Source: an uncultured cyanobacterium
Lineage (GTDB): Bacteria > Cyanobacteriota > Cyanobacteriia > Cyanobacteriales > Nostocaceae
DNA length: 64,000 nucleotides
Assembly: GCA_963740315.1 (NCBI GenBank)
Contig: CAVUDP010000002.1
Coordinates: 160,001 to 224,000 of the forward strand
Direction: 5' to 3'
In this document: positions 41,542-51,517 of the stretch, in pieces
Numbering within the stretch: position 1 is the stretch's first letter
How the letters are laid out: each line of letters starts with the position of its first letter
Translations under genes and position numbers: made by a program
The notes under the pieces: model-generated
Databases searched by the model: none
What the model saw: the letters and a program-made list of their open reading frames with translations, nothing else
Told to the model about the DNA's origin: nothing

Positions 41542-42210
41542 ATGCAAACCCTAAATACCGATAAAAATCAAACTAATATCGTCCCCTTGTTTGCGATCGG
41601 GACATTCGGTTTGCATTTAATTACTTTACTTTTGCTGATGTTTCATGGTGGAATGTTACAGCAAGTTAAGCGTAAATCGGTACCCCAAATTTTGGTACAG
41701 TTAGAAGATGGACGAGTTATAACTGCCGATGCTAAAAGTAGTTGGGAGCGCGATCGCCAAACAATTCGCCGCTTTGTAGGTGAAACAATGACTTTGATGT
41801 TTACTTGGTCTAATAAACAATCGTCATCTGTAGTTTGGGATATTACTTCGGAATTGTTAAGAAATGATTTTAAAAGCGAATTTGCCCAGAAATTTAATAA
41901 CTTTGAATTAGAAAGTCCCGAACAAAATGTTTTAGTAATTCAAAGGATTTCTCAACCGGAAGTAATTTCTGAGGGAAAATGGAAAGTTGAAATTTTCGCA
42001 AATCGTTTAATTTTCACTCGCGGCGATAATTTGGGAAAGTCAATTCCTTTTAACAAACAAATTTTAGTTGAAGCGGAAGATCGAGTAAATTCCCTACCCA
42101 GCATCCCAATTCCTTTGAATTTAGCTGTTTACCGACTTGGAGAAGCAAAAATGCAAATTTACAATATCTGTGACATCGAAGATAAAAGTTGTTCGGGGGT
42201 TAGGGAGTAG
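41542..42210 (+). CDS. VirB8-like bitopic T4SS protein (copy 2)
   Basis: Paralog of 40658: FGLHL.TLLLL, VQL.DG, FV.ETM..MF.WS, GKWKV, PFNKQILVEA. Confidence 0.55.
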   Translation: MQTLNTDKNQTNIVPLFAIGTFGLHLITLLLLMFHGGMLQQVKRKSVPQILVQLEDGRVITADAKSSWERDRQTIRRFVGETMTLMFTWSNKQSSSVVWDITSELLRNDFKSEFAQKFNNFELESPEQNVLVIQRISQPEVISEGKWKVEIFANRLIFTRGDNLGKSIPFNKQILVEAEDRVNSLPSIPIPLNLAVYRLGEAKMQIYNICDIEDKSCSGVRE

Positions 42211-42408
42211 AGCAAATAAACAATACTAATAAATATCTAAAATTTAGCGATCGCTATTCTAATTGATTTAAATAACTTTTTATTTAGCCTGTTACAAGTA
42301 TCTAAAACTTTGAATTTATATAGAAACACATTCCCTATTTCCTACTCCCTACTTCCTACTGCCTAATCCCAATAAATAGTTTTATCAATCAAACCGGATT
42401 TTTATATT

Positions 42409-44052
42409 ATGAATAACCGAAATACTGAAACAGGGCTTACCGAATGGGAAACGCGGATGGCGAAACTGGTTGGTTTGGATGAATCCACTCCCGCAGATAT
42501 GGATGGATCGAATCTCGATCCACCTCCGCAACTACAACCAGATGAATTGACGAATAGCGCAACCCAACAGCCACTTAGTGCGAATCCCTTTGCTAAAGCG
42601 GGTTTAGTTGGTGCTGGTACCTTAGCTGTAGTCATGTTTGCTGGTGGATTTTTATCTCAAATCATGAGTAACGACAAGCCACAAGTCACGCAAAACGCCA
42701 TTCGCAGCATCCCACCGCAACCGAAAACCAAACCCCAACTGCAACAATTACAAGAAGAAGTTGAAGGATTAAAAACCAAACTCGCACTTTCCGAACAACT
42801 CGACGCGGTAAAAGCTGCCCAGCAAAAACTGAGAATGGTTAAACCTACACCATCAACACCCCGCATCGCAGCCCAACCAACTCCCCAAACACAACCGCGT
42901 ATTCCTCGTGACGTATCCATGTCTACGATTCGTCGCCAACCCCAACCACCACAAATACGTATTGTTGAAGTACCCAAAATAATCAAAGTCGATCGCGTTG
43001 TTAACGTACCACAACCGCAATCGCAGCCTCAACTCGTTTCAAAACCAGTTGCACAAAAACCAAAACCGCAACCAGTTGCACAAAAACCAAAACCAACATT
43101 ACCAGTATTAACTCAAATCGTACCACCACCCGAACTACCCGCACCCATATCTCAACAACCATTAATAGAAATTGCCCCACCACCCCAACCCAATCCCCTC
43201 CAAGAATGGGCAAGGTTAGCAAAATTGGGTAGTTACGGGCAGGTTTCTGTTGGTAAAAATCAGACTGTTAGCGATCGAACACCTCCCCGAAAAGTTGAAG
43301 TAGCCAGAAAAGTTGAAGAGAAAGAAACTGCAACCACGCCTCGACGAGAAACGCGAACCCGTACAGCCAGACAATCTACTAGAAGAAATCCTAAAACAAT
43401 ACCAGCAGGTAGCAGCGCTAAAGCCGTATTAGCGACACCGATATACGGTGAAACTACCAAATCATCCAGACGAAATGACGATGAAGAAGAAGATAATAAC
43501 GTTTACGTAGTCCGTTTAGAACAAACATTAAAAGCCGCAGACGGTACCGCAGCATTACCTAGAGGAAGTCAAATATTTACCAAAATCAATTCTATTTCTG
43601 ACAGCGGCTTAATGCGGCTAGAAATAGAAAAAATTATGGTACGAGAAAACGGTGAAATCGTAGAAAAAAGCGTACCTCAAAATGCGCTAATGATTCGCGG
43701 TAAAAAAGGAAAACCATTAATAGCCAAACAATATGGCGGTAACAATTCATCAATAGCTCGTAGAGATGCAATATCATTTTTAGCAGGGGGAATTGGTAAA
43801 GCAGCAGAATTAATTAACCGTAACGAAACAGAAGTAGTTACCGGCGAAAACGGAACAGTAGCCGTCACAAATGTCAACCGCAACCCCAGCTTGGCAGCCG
43901 GTATATTAGAAGGCGGAACGAAAACCGTAGTACCCCAAATATCTCGCCGCAATCAACGGGTTATTTCTCAAATGTCCCGTAAAACAAACATTTGGTTTCT
44001 ACCCCAAGGGAAAGAAGTCGAAATATTTGTGAATCAAGAAACGCAGTTTTGA
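42409..44052 (+). CDS. virB10: TrbI/VirB10-family protein
   Basis: TM, coiled coil, long Pro/Gln-rich linker, C-domain IPAGSSAKAVL...LPRGS...L.QGKEVEIFVN. Confidence 0.75.
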   Translation: MNNRNTETGLTEWETRMAKLVGLDESTPADMDGSNLDPPPQLQPDELTNSATQQPLSANPFAKAGLVGAGTLAVVMFAGGFLSQIMSNDKPQVTQNAIRSIPPQPKTKPQLQQLQEEVEGLKTKLALSEQLDAVKAAQQKLRMVKPTPSTPRIAAQPTPQTQPRIPRDVSMSTIRRQPQPPQIRIVEVPKIIKVDRVVNVPQPQSQPQLVSKPVAQKPKPQPVAQKPKPTLPVLTQIVPPPELPAPISQQPLIEIAPPPQPNPLQEWARLAKLGSYGQVSVGKNQTVSDRTPPRKVEVARKVEEKETATTPRRETRTRTARQSTRRNPKTIPAGSSAKAVLATPIYGETTKSSRRNDDEEEDNNVYVVRLEQTLKAADGTAALPRGSQIFTKINSISDSGLMRLEIEKIMVRENGEIVEKSVPQNALMIRGKKGKPLIAKQYGGNNSSIARRDAISFLAGGIGKAAELINRNETEVVTGENGTVAVTNVNRNPSLAAGILEGGTKTVVPQISRRNQRVISQMSRKTNIWFLPQGKEVEIFVNQETQF

Positions 44053-44198
44053 AATAGTTAGGAGTTAGGAATTAAGAGTTAAGAATTAAGAATTAAGAAT
44101 TAGGAATTAGGAGTTAAGAATTTTTTCTCCCCCCTCTCCCCCCTCTCCCCCCTCTTCCCCCTCTCCCCCATCTCCCCCTCTCCCCCTCTCCCCTTTCG

Positions 44199-44735
44199 AT
44201 GAAAAAACCCCTCAACCTCCCCGTCACTTCCTTAATTTTTTCCGCAACAAGTATCTTAATGGCGAGTAGTGTTTTAGCAAACAACGCCGTTTTGCGTTCA
44301 ATATTTTCCTGTCAAGCCCAAGGTTTGGGGGGTGCAATTCCTACTATTAAAGTGTGGTACCAACAAGGGACAAATTTAAGCTTTATCCCCGCAGGAGAAA
44401 CTATAAAAAAAGTTTGGTTAGACGACCCATCACAAGTTACTCTAGATTTTGATGGTCCAATGTGCGTGCAATTTGGTGAAGACGCTGACACCGGAGATTG
44501 CGAAGACTCCGCAGCCAATGTAATTCATCTCAGAAGAATCGAAAAACTCGATATTCCCGGACTTCCCGATACTGACAATACGCTTTTAACGGTAATTACA
44601 GAAGGAAACGGTAAAAAAAGACTCTACGCCTTCCGAGTACTTTATCAAGAAGGTAGTCCCGAATATAACACCTTAGCAGTGTTTGAAGATCCCCCGAATT
44701 TCGGTGAAACTCCGTGTGTAAGAGTGAAAAATTAG
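44199..44735 (+). CDS. Secreted T4SS protein, VirB9-like
   Basis: Signal peptide; GTNLSF..GETIKKVWLDDPS, TLLTVIT. Confidence 0.5.
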   Translation: MKKPLNLPVTSLIFSATSILMASSVLANNAVLRSIFSCQAQGLGGAIPTIKVWYQQGTNLSFIPAGETIKKVWLDDPSQVTLDFDGPMCVQFGEDADTGDCEDSAANVIHLRRIEKLDIPGLPDTDNTLLTVITEGNGKKRLYAFRVLYQEGSPEYNTLAVFEDPPNFGETPCVRVKN

Positions 44736-44761
44736 GAGTTAAGAGTGAGGAGTTAAGAGTT

Positions 44762-44873
44762 ACTGGTTCCCAGTCTCTGGCTGGGAACCCATAACGGGAG
44801 GCTCAGCCAAAGAGTATAAATGCGAGGCAGAGCCTCTAGAAATGCATTACAAGCCAGAGACTTGTAACGAGAA
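44762..44873. mobile_element. MITE-like element (related copy at 49772-49882)
   Basis: gttcccagtctctggctgggaac hairpin, gaggctcagcc/aggcagagcct arms, ends aacgaga. Confidence 0.65.
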
Positions 44874-44875
44874 TC

Positions 44876-46522
44876 CTAACTCCTCACTCCTAACTTTCCC
44901 AAAGCCCAAAACCCAAAACCCAATCCCAACAAAACCCAACACAACCAATCGCCCCAACGCACATATAAAGTTTGCGTTTGTCGTCGATAGATGGTTTCGG
45001 CGTGAGTTTCGTAGGTATTGTGTCCCGATATCCACAATGTTTTGCCGTGGGGATTTACAAATGCGGAATATCCGGTGTTTGTCGCTCTTACCGCCCATCT
45101 ATCGTTTTCTATGGCTCGCATGATATCCTGAGCGTGATGCTGAAACTGCATGGCTGCACTATAAGGATCGTTATTGGAAGCTGTGAGAATAAACTCGCCA
45201 CCCTTCTCGGTTTGATTGCGAAATTGTTCGGCAAAAGCTGAGCCGTAACAGATACCAACGATCGCATTACCAAAAGGTGTTTTAACAATCTGGTTTGATT
45301 TTCCCGGTATTTGTCTGGCGGTTATGGGAGATAACCGATTGATAATACCGCCTAAAATATTTTCAAAGGGAATGTATTCTCCTAAAGGTACTAGTTTCTC
45401 TTTGTCGTAATGGCTGTAAACTTCACCAACACCTGTAAAAGTAAATAAACTATTGGTATACCTACCTTCTCCCTGACGTTTATAACCTCCAACCCAAGCC
45501 AAAACGCCTTTTTCCCGCACTGCTGCTATTATTGGGCTGCGAATAATTTTATCTTCAAAAAACGGTAATGCACCTTCTGGTGTTAAAACCGCTTGTACGC
45601 CTTGACTTACTAATTTTAAATAACCCTGGGTATAATTTTCGATCAGACGTTGATTGCCTTTATCTTTAAATTTAATTCTATTAGGAATATTTCCCTGGAC
45701 AATTCCCACTTTTAAAGCAGCTGACGACGGTTGAGAAAGGGGACGAGAATACAAGCCGAAACCGATTAAATGAGCAGAAATAAATAATATAGCTGCAATT
45801 ATTCCCAATCGCACAGAAGCTTGTAAAACCTTACCCTGTCCTTGCGGACATCCCTCTCCTTGGTAAGGAGAGGGAAAGAGGGTGAGGTCAAATTTGTATT
45901 GCATCCGCGTGAAAAACGCTGTATTTAAAGCGAATGCTAACAACCCATTAACTGCAACGATCGCCGCCGTTACTGCTGTGGGTCCCGAAATTTGACCTAA
46001 ATGTAAAATTACTAGATTATGCGGTGACTGCGTGTAAGAAAGCGAACTCCACCATAAAGGACCCGCACTCCAAACTCTTTCTAACGCACACCAAAAAGCC
46101 GTACCAATGAGGACGCGAATGAAGCTATTTTGAGTTGAAAATATCCTCATCAACTTAGCCCAGAGCATAACTAATATGCCTCCCCAAAAGGAGATAAAAA
46201 ACCAGGCAAATAATGCGATCGCAATGCTTCCCAACCAAGGTACACCCAACCAAGTTAAAGGATGAAGCCCGGTAATCCAATACAAAGCGGTTCCGTGATA
46301 ACCCATAGCCCATAAGAGAGAGGGGGGGAGGGGGAGAGTGGGGGGAGAAGATTTATTTTTTGTTGGGTTTACAACTATTAACCATAAGGGAATCATTGCA
46401 AACCATGCTAAAAACCAAGCGCCAACAGGAGCAACGGTTAAACCCATTGCAATCCCGCTAATTAAAGCGATTATCGGTTTTGAGTTGCGAGCGATCGGTT
46501 TGGTAAAAATATTTGATTTCAT
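44876..46522 (-). CDS. lnt: Apolipoprotein N-acyltransferase
   Basis: TM N-domain; VQGNI, PEGA (E), K.KLVPLGE (K), ICY (C), RA.E, RATNTG.S, TLY.RWGD. Confidence 0.93.
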   Translation of the reverse strand: MKSNIFTKPIARNSKPIIALISGIAMGLTVAPVGAWFLAWFAMIPLWLIVVNPTKNKSSPPTLPLPPSLLWAMGYHGTALYWITGLHPLTWLGVPWLGSIAIALFAWFFISFWGGILVMLWAKLMRIFSTQNSFIRVLIGTAFWCALERVWSAGPLWWSSLSYTQSPHNLVILHLGQISGPTAVTAAIVAVNGLLAFALNTAFFTRMQYKFDLTLFPSPYQGEGCPQGQGKVLQASVRLGIIAAILFISAHLIGFGLYSRPLSQPSSAALKVGIVQGNIPNRIKFKDKGNQRLIENYTQGYLKLVSQGVQAVLTPEGALPFFEDKIIRSPIIAAVREKGVLAWVGGYKRQGEGRYTNSLFTFTGVGEVYSHYDKEKLVPLGEYIPFENILGGIINRLSPITARQIPGKSNQIVKTPFGNAIVGICYGSAFAEQFRNQTEKGGEFILTASNNDPYSAAMQFQHHAQDIMRAIENDRWAVRATNTGYSAFVNPHGKTLWISGHNTYETHAETIYRRQTQTLYVRWGDWLCWVLLGLGFGFWALGKLGVRS

Positions 46523-46734
46523 AATTAATTACATCCCAAAACTATTGTAAAGAGGCGATCGCGTCTTCAATTAATTCCTTGTGGGATGGGCATCCTTGCC
46601 CGTCCTCACAATATCTGATTAAATTTAAATGGCTATAATATTTCACGAAATTCTCGTTACATCCCAAAACTATTGTAGAGACGCGAAATTTCGCGTCTCT
46701 ACATCAGTGGTTAATAAATTACCAAAATTTGTTT

Positions 46735-49524
46735 TTATTCTTCTGTTTCTACCGCCTCATCTTCTGTTTCTTCTGTTTCTACATCATCTGCGGGTTCTAT
46801 AACAATTGTCTCTATTGTTTCTGATGCATCTTCATCTAATGATTCTTCTGATTCTTCTGATTCTTCCGATTCACCAGTATCAGCAGGAACTACTGCGACT
46901 CCGTTAATAAAGTCTTCTTCATCAAGACGCTGTACGCGCACTCCAGTAGCCGATCGCGATTGGATGGAAATGGCGTTTACTGCTTGTCGGATAATAATAC
47001 CGCGACTAGTCACCATCATAATTTCGTTGTCTTCACCAACAATACGTAAAGTTGCTAGATGATCTTGAGTTTTACGGTTTTTGAATTTGGTTGCCATTAA
47101 ACCTTGTCCGGCGCGGTTTTGCAAGCGGAATTGTCCAACTGGTACCCGTTTACCGTATCCTCCGGTAGTAATAACTAATACCCAAAGTCCGGAATTACTG
47201 TTATCCGGTACTTCTACAGTTTCGGTATTATCTGTCTCTTCGGTTTCAGCTACTTCAACTTCAGTGGCTTCAACTTCAGTGGCTTCAACTTCAGTGGCTT
47301 CAACTTCAGTGGCTTCAACTTCAGTGGCTTCAACTTCAATTGTTTCAACTTCAGTTTCTGCTGGCGTTATGTTATTGAGAATTTCAGATGGAAGAATATC
47401 CATTCCTACCAATTCGTCACCACCTTTACGCAACTTCATGGCTTTTACTCCACGAGTTGCCCTACCCAAAGGACGTAATTGTGAGTGAGTGCAGCGGAAA
47501 TGAATCGCCATACCCATGCGAGAACCGATAATTACGCTATCTTCAGCTTTCGCACGACGTACCCAGCGCAATTCGTCGCCTTCTTCTAAGGAAATCGCGA
47601 TCAAACCGTTAGCGCGAATATGGCTAAATGCAGCTAATGCAGTTTTCTTGATATAGCCGCCTTTAGTAAGCATTACCAAATATTCATCTTGGCTAAATTC
47701 GCTTACGGGTACGATCGAGGTAATTTTTTCTTCTCTAGGAATCGGTAGCATTTGTACGATAGGCGTACCCCGACTGGTGCGGGAACCCAAGGGTAATTGA
47801 TAAGCCCTCAAACAATAAACTACACCGCGTTCGCTGAAGAACAAAACGCTATCATGATCGCAGCAAGTTAAGAAATGCTCGATGTTGTCATCATCTTTTA
47901 CCTTCGCTCCTGCTTTACCTCTGGTAGCGCGACTTTGCGCTTCAAAGGTATTAACCGGCATTCGCTTCAGATAACCTTGCTGAGTCAGTAAAATGATCGC
48001 TTTTTCATTAGCAATTAAGTCTATATCATCTAAATCCCCTTCCTTATGGTTAATTACCGTGCGGCGGGGGGTAGCATGTTTTTCTCTTAACTGCTTAACT
48101 TCGGTTTCAATAATTTCTAATATTCGTTCTCTGCGAGCCAGAATATCTTGTAAATCACTTATTTGAACCTGTAATGAATCGTGTTCTAAACGAATTTTAT
48201 CAGCTTCCAAAGCCGTCAACCGTCGCAACTGCATTTGCAAAATTGCATCGGCTTGCGCTTCCGACAACCCATAGGTACTAATTAATTCACCCTTTGCCGT
48301 CGGTGCATCCGCAGCATGACGAATCAAGGCAATAATCTCGTCCAAACTGGACTGCGCGATTAATAAACCTTGTAAAATGTGATCCCTTTCTTCCGCTTTC
48401 CGCAATTCATAGCGCGTGCGTCTGGTAATCGATTCGATGCGGAAATCAATGAAAACCTGCAAAAACCGCTTCAATGTCAGTAAAATGGGTTCTCCATTTA
48501 CTAACGCAAGCATATTCGCGCCGAAGTTCGCTTGCAGTGGCGTTAACTTGTATAAATTGTTTAAAACCACACGGGGATAAGCATCGCGCTTGAGTTCGAT
48601 CACGATTCGCATACCATCGCGATCGCTTTCATCGCGGATATCGGAAATACCGTCAATGCGCTTATCGTTAACCAGTTCGGCAATTTTCTCAATTAATGCC
48701 GCCTTATTAGTTTGATAAGGCAACTCGGTGATAATTATTGCTTCTTTATCCGGTCTTCCCCGCTGCTGGAGAGTCTCAATACTAGCTACCCCGCGCATGG
48801 TAATCGAACCGCGCCCGGTAGTATAAGCTTCCTTAATCCCCGAAGTACCGAGGATTTCAGCACCCGTAGGAAAATCGGGACCGTGGATATATTTATTTAA
48901 GTCAAGATCGGTAAGTTCCGGATCGTGAATCAGTGCCACTAATCCATCAATCAACTCTCCCAAATTATGTGGTGGGATATTAGTCGCCATCCCCACCGCA
49001 ATACCGGAAGAACCATTTAGGAGTAACTGCGGTAGTCTTGCCGGTAAAACCGTAGGTTCCTGCTGCGAACCGTCGAAGTTGTCAGCAAAATCAACAGTTT
49101 CCGATTCGATATCTTGCAGTAAAGCGTCCGTAGTCAAAGATTGCAGGCGGCATTCAGTGTAACGCATAGCCGCCGGAGGGTCGTTATCGACACTTCCGAA
49201 ATTACCATGCCCTGAAATTAAAGGCGACCTCATCGAAAAATTTTGCGCCATCCGCACCAAAGCATCGTAAACAGCCGTATCGCCGTGGGGGTGGTACTTA
49301 CCTAATACCTCCCCTACAACACGGGCGCATTTACGAAAGGGGCGGTCTGCCGTCAACCCCAATTCGTGCATAGCGTAGAGAATGCGACGATGCACAGGTT
49401 TCAGACCATCCCTGGCATCTGGCAAAGCGCGACCGACAATCACGCTCATCGCATATTCCAGATAAGACCTGGACATCTCGTTTCTCAGATCCGTCGGGAT
49501 TATCCGCTCCTGAGAGTAGGTCAT
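46735..49524 (-). CDS. gyrA: DNA gyrase subunit A
   Basis: [30 protein letters not shown], GyrA-box-like QSRATRG, beta-pinwheel repeats, acidic tail. Confidence 0.95.
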   Translation of the reverse strand: MTYSQERIIPTDLRNEMSRSYLEYAMSVIVGRALPDARDGLKPVHRRILYAMHELGLTADRPFRKCARVVGEVLGKYHPHGDTAVYDALVRMAQNFSMRSPLISGHGNFGSVDNDPPAAMRYTECRLQSLTTDALLQDIESETVDFADNFDGSQQEPTVLPARLPQLLLNGSSGIAVGMATNIPPHNLGELIDGLVALIHDPELTDLDLNKYIHGPDFPTGAEILGTSGIKEAYTTGRGSITMRGVASIETLQQRGRPDKEAIIITELPYQTNKAALIEKIAELVNDKRIDGISDIRDESDRDGMRIVIELKRDAYPRVVLNNLYKLTPLQANFGANMLALVNGEPILLTLKRFLQVFIDFRIESITRRTRYELRKAEERDHILQGLLIAQSSLDEIIALIRHAADAPTAKGELISTYGLSEAQADAILQMQLRRLTALEADKIRLEHDSLQVQISDLQDILARRERILEIIETEVKQLREKHATPRRTVINHKEGDLDDIDLIANEKAIILLTQQGYLKRMPVNTFEAQSRATRGKAGAKVKDDDNIEHFLTCCDHDSVLFFSERGVVYCLRAYQLPLGSRTSRGTPIVQMLPIPREEKITSIVPVSEFSQDEYLVMLTKGGYIKKTALAAFSHIRANGLIAISLEEGDELRWVRRAKAEDSVIIGSRMGMAIHFRCTHSQLRPLGRATRGVKAMKLRKGGDELVGMDILPSEILNNITPAETEVETIEVEATEVEATEVEATEVEATEVEATEVEVAETEETDNTETVEVPDNSNSGLWVLVITTGGYGKRVPVGQFRLQNRAGQGLMATKFKNRKTQDHLATLRIVGEDNEIMMVTSRGIIIRQAVNAISIQSRSATGVRVQRLDEEDFINGVAVVPADTGESEESEESEESLDEDASETIETIVIEPADDVETEETEDEAVETEE
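47253..47357. repeat. Coding 15-bp tandem repeat in gyrA (EVEAT x5 plus 2 degenerate units)
   Basis: cttcaacttcagtgg x5. Confidence 0.95.
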
Positions 49525-50008
49525 AACCTAAAAAACTCCAAAAATCGCAAATTTTAGGGCTTAAATCAGAAAAAAAGCCAAATTATTCCAAATGATGCTT
49601 GAATAATCGCCATTATTTGGTACAATTTTATCACATTTTGCGTTTTTTTGCAGCCAATGGGCATGGGGAATAGGGCATTGGGAATAGGGCATTGGGCATT
49701 GGGAATTGGTAATTGGTATACGCCCGCACGCTCCGCGTGAATGGTAATTGGGCATGGGATAATCTTGACGTTTCTCGTTCCAAGGTTCTACCTTGGAATG
49801 CCATTCAAGAGGCTCTGCCTCCAGCTACAGAAAAGGCAGAGCCTACAGAAAAGCATTTCCACGCAGAGCATGGAAACGAGAGAAAAACTCATAACTCCTA
49901 ACTCCTAACTCATAACTCCCAACTCAATAAGGTTACTGAGCAGTTCGACGTAGCTCACTGTAAGACTTGTCGAAGTACTCCTAATTCCTAACTCCCAACT
50001 CTTAACCC

Positions 50009-51217
50009 CTAACTCCCAACTCCTAACTCTTTCTGTGCCGCCACAATCAACGTTTGGGCTTCCACACCTTTACTAGGAATCATATTTGCAATACCCAAAT
50101 TCAAACTTATATAAGCAATCTTCAGCTTTTCAACTTCACTGCGTATTAAATCAGCAACATAAAACGCCCCATCAGCATCGGTATTGGGTAAAATTACGGC
50201 AAATTGAGTTTCTCGATAACGCGCTACTAAATCAATTGCTCGCTTGGCACAATTTTTAATTACTTGAGCAATTTCAATTAAAGATTCATCGCTCTTTCGA
50301 TCGCCACGAGCATTTTTATAGGATTCAAAATAGTTGATTTCGCACAGAATTAATGATATCGGTAGCTTGTAGCGCTTGTAGCGCTGCCATTCTTGGGCTA
50401 AATATTCATCAAAACGGCGACGGTTGGCAATGTTGGTTAAACTATCTATTCTTGCTTGGCGAGTTAATTCTAATTCTAAAAGCTTAGTTTGGGTGATATC
50501 GCGGATTGTTAAAGTAATTCCATCACCTAAGCTAACTACAATGATTTGATACCAGTTTTGAATATTATTAATTTCGGAATATAGTTCTTTATTTAAAGAT
50601 TTTCTGGTTTCAACTACCTCTACCAAGGAATTAAATAAACTTGGATTATCTTGAAAAATCTTGTTGTTAAGCAGATTTTCACCAATTAAATCTTCGCGAT
50701 CGCTATAAAATAATTTGGCAATTACCGGATTAGCCATTAAAAAGCGAAAATCGGTTATCTCCCCTGTAGTGGTATATCTCACCGCTTGCATTGCAGCAAT
50801 TCCATCGAGGGAAGTATTTAAAATGTTTTCTAAAAAAGCGCGGGATTGATAGAGGATTTCTTTGGTTTGTTTGAGTTCCTGGTTTTCCCGTTGTAAACGT
50901 GAAATTTCGTCTTTTAAATCAATGTTCCCATCACTGGCAACCTGAGAATTCTCCCAGAGGGGGTAGGTACTGGCAACAGAGTTTTTTTTTTGCAGCACCA
51001 GTCGCAAGTTAGTTTTATTAACTTTCTCTCCCAAAATTTCGGAAATCTTTTTCCATAGCTTGTAAGCTACATCCTTGATATGTCCGACGCTCAAGTGCGA
51101 ATTTTTGGCGATGGTAGCGTATGTTTGATTTCCCCAGGCTGCTTTTAGTATTTCTTCTTCTATAACAGTTAGCTGTTTTATTTTTTGAATAAATTTTATT
51201 GCTTCTTCAACCGTCAT
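50009..51217 (-). CDS. HTH - coiled coil - PAS - degenerate GGDEF protein
   Basis: N-terminal L...W...TY..IA......G.IKDVA.KLW..IS..LGEKVNK.N HTH; PAS ending RDIT; DSLT..ANRR; RAID I-site; RYRETQF in place of RYGGEEF. Confidence 0.8.
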   Translation of the reverse strand: MTVEEAIKFIQKIKQLTVIEEEILKAAWGNQTYATIAKNSHLSVGHIKDVAYKLWKKISEILGEKVNKTNLRLVLQKKNSVASTYPLWENSQVASDGNIDLKDEISRLQRENQELKQTKEILYQSRAFLENILNTSLDGIAAMQAVRYTTTGEITDFRFLMANPVIAKLFYSDREDLIGENLLNNKIFQDNPSLFNSLVEVVETRKSLNKELYSEINNIQNWYQIIVVSLGDGITLTIRDITQTKLLELELTRQARIDSLTNIANRRRFDEYLAQEWQRYKRYKLPISLILCEINYFESYKNARGDRKSDESLIEIAQVIKNCAKRAIDLVARYRETQFAVILPNTDADGAFYVADLIRSEVEKLKIAYISLNLGIANMIPSKGVEAQTLIVAAQKELGVGS

Positions 51218-51282
51218 TAATAGGTGGTTATAACATTCCAACTTTTAATTATAAATTGAAGTGTTTTTATATACGAAAAATT

Positions 51283-51353
51283 TGACACAGGTCTAAATTA
51301 CTACCCGACTTTTCCGACTTTTATACCCGACTCATCCGACTGACATAGGTCTA
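51283..51353. promoter_or_regulatory. Operator-like repeat block: 4x CCGACT bracketed by 2x TGACAYAGGTCTA
   Basis: CCGACT at 51305, 51314, 51327, 51336; TGACACAGGTCTA at 51283 and TGACATAGGTCTA at 51341. Confidence 0.55.
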
Positions 51354-51517
51354 GAAAATGAGTGATTATAAATATATGGAATCAAATAATTGTTGAAGTT
51401 TATTTAGCTATCACAATAAATAAGACAGATTAGTAGTAGTTGCTGGTGCTGACGCTTTTGCCGATCGAGCAAATACTCAATTTACTCAAGTTAATTTTAA
51501 ATATTAAAATTTACCTT

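Noticed and set aside
47081..47488. ORF with STSVA repeats
   Set aside because: Antisense shadow of the gyrA minisatellite
46735..49524. Intein in GyrA, or ParC identity
   Set aside because: The extra length is low-complexity acidic sequence with no intein C/S...HN motifs; the GyrA-box-like QSRATRG supports GyrA
49561..49901. Two short ORFs upstream of gyrA
   Set aside because: Built from STRR heptamers and a MITE
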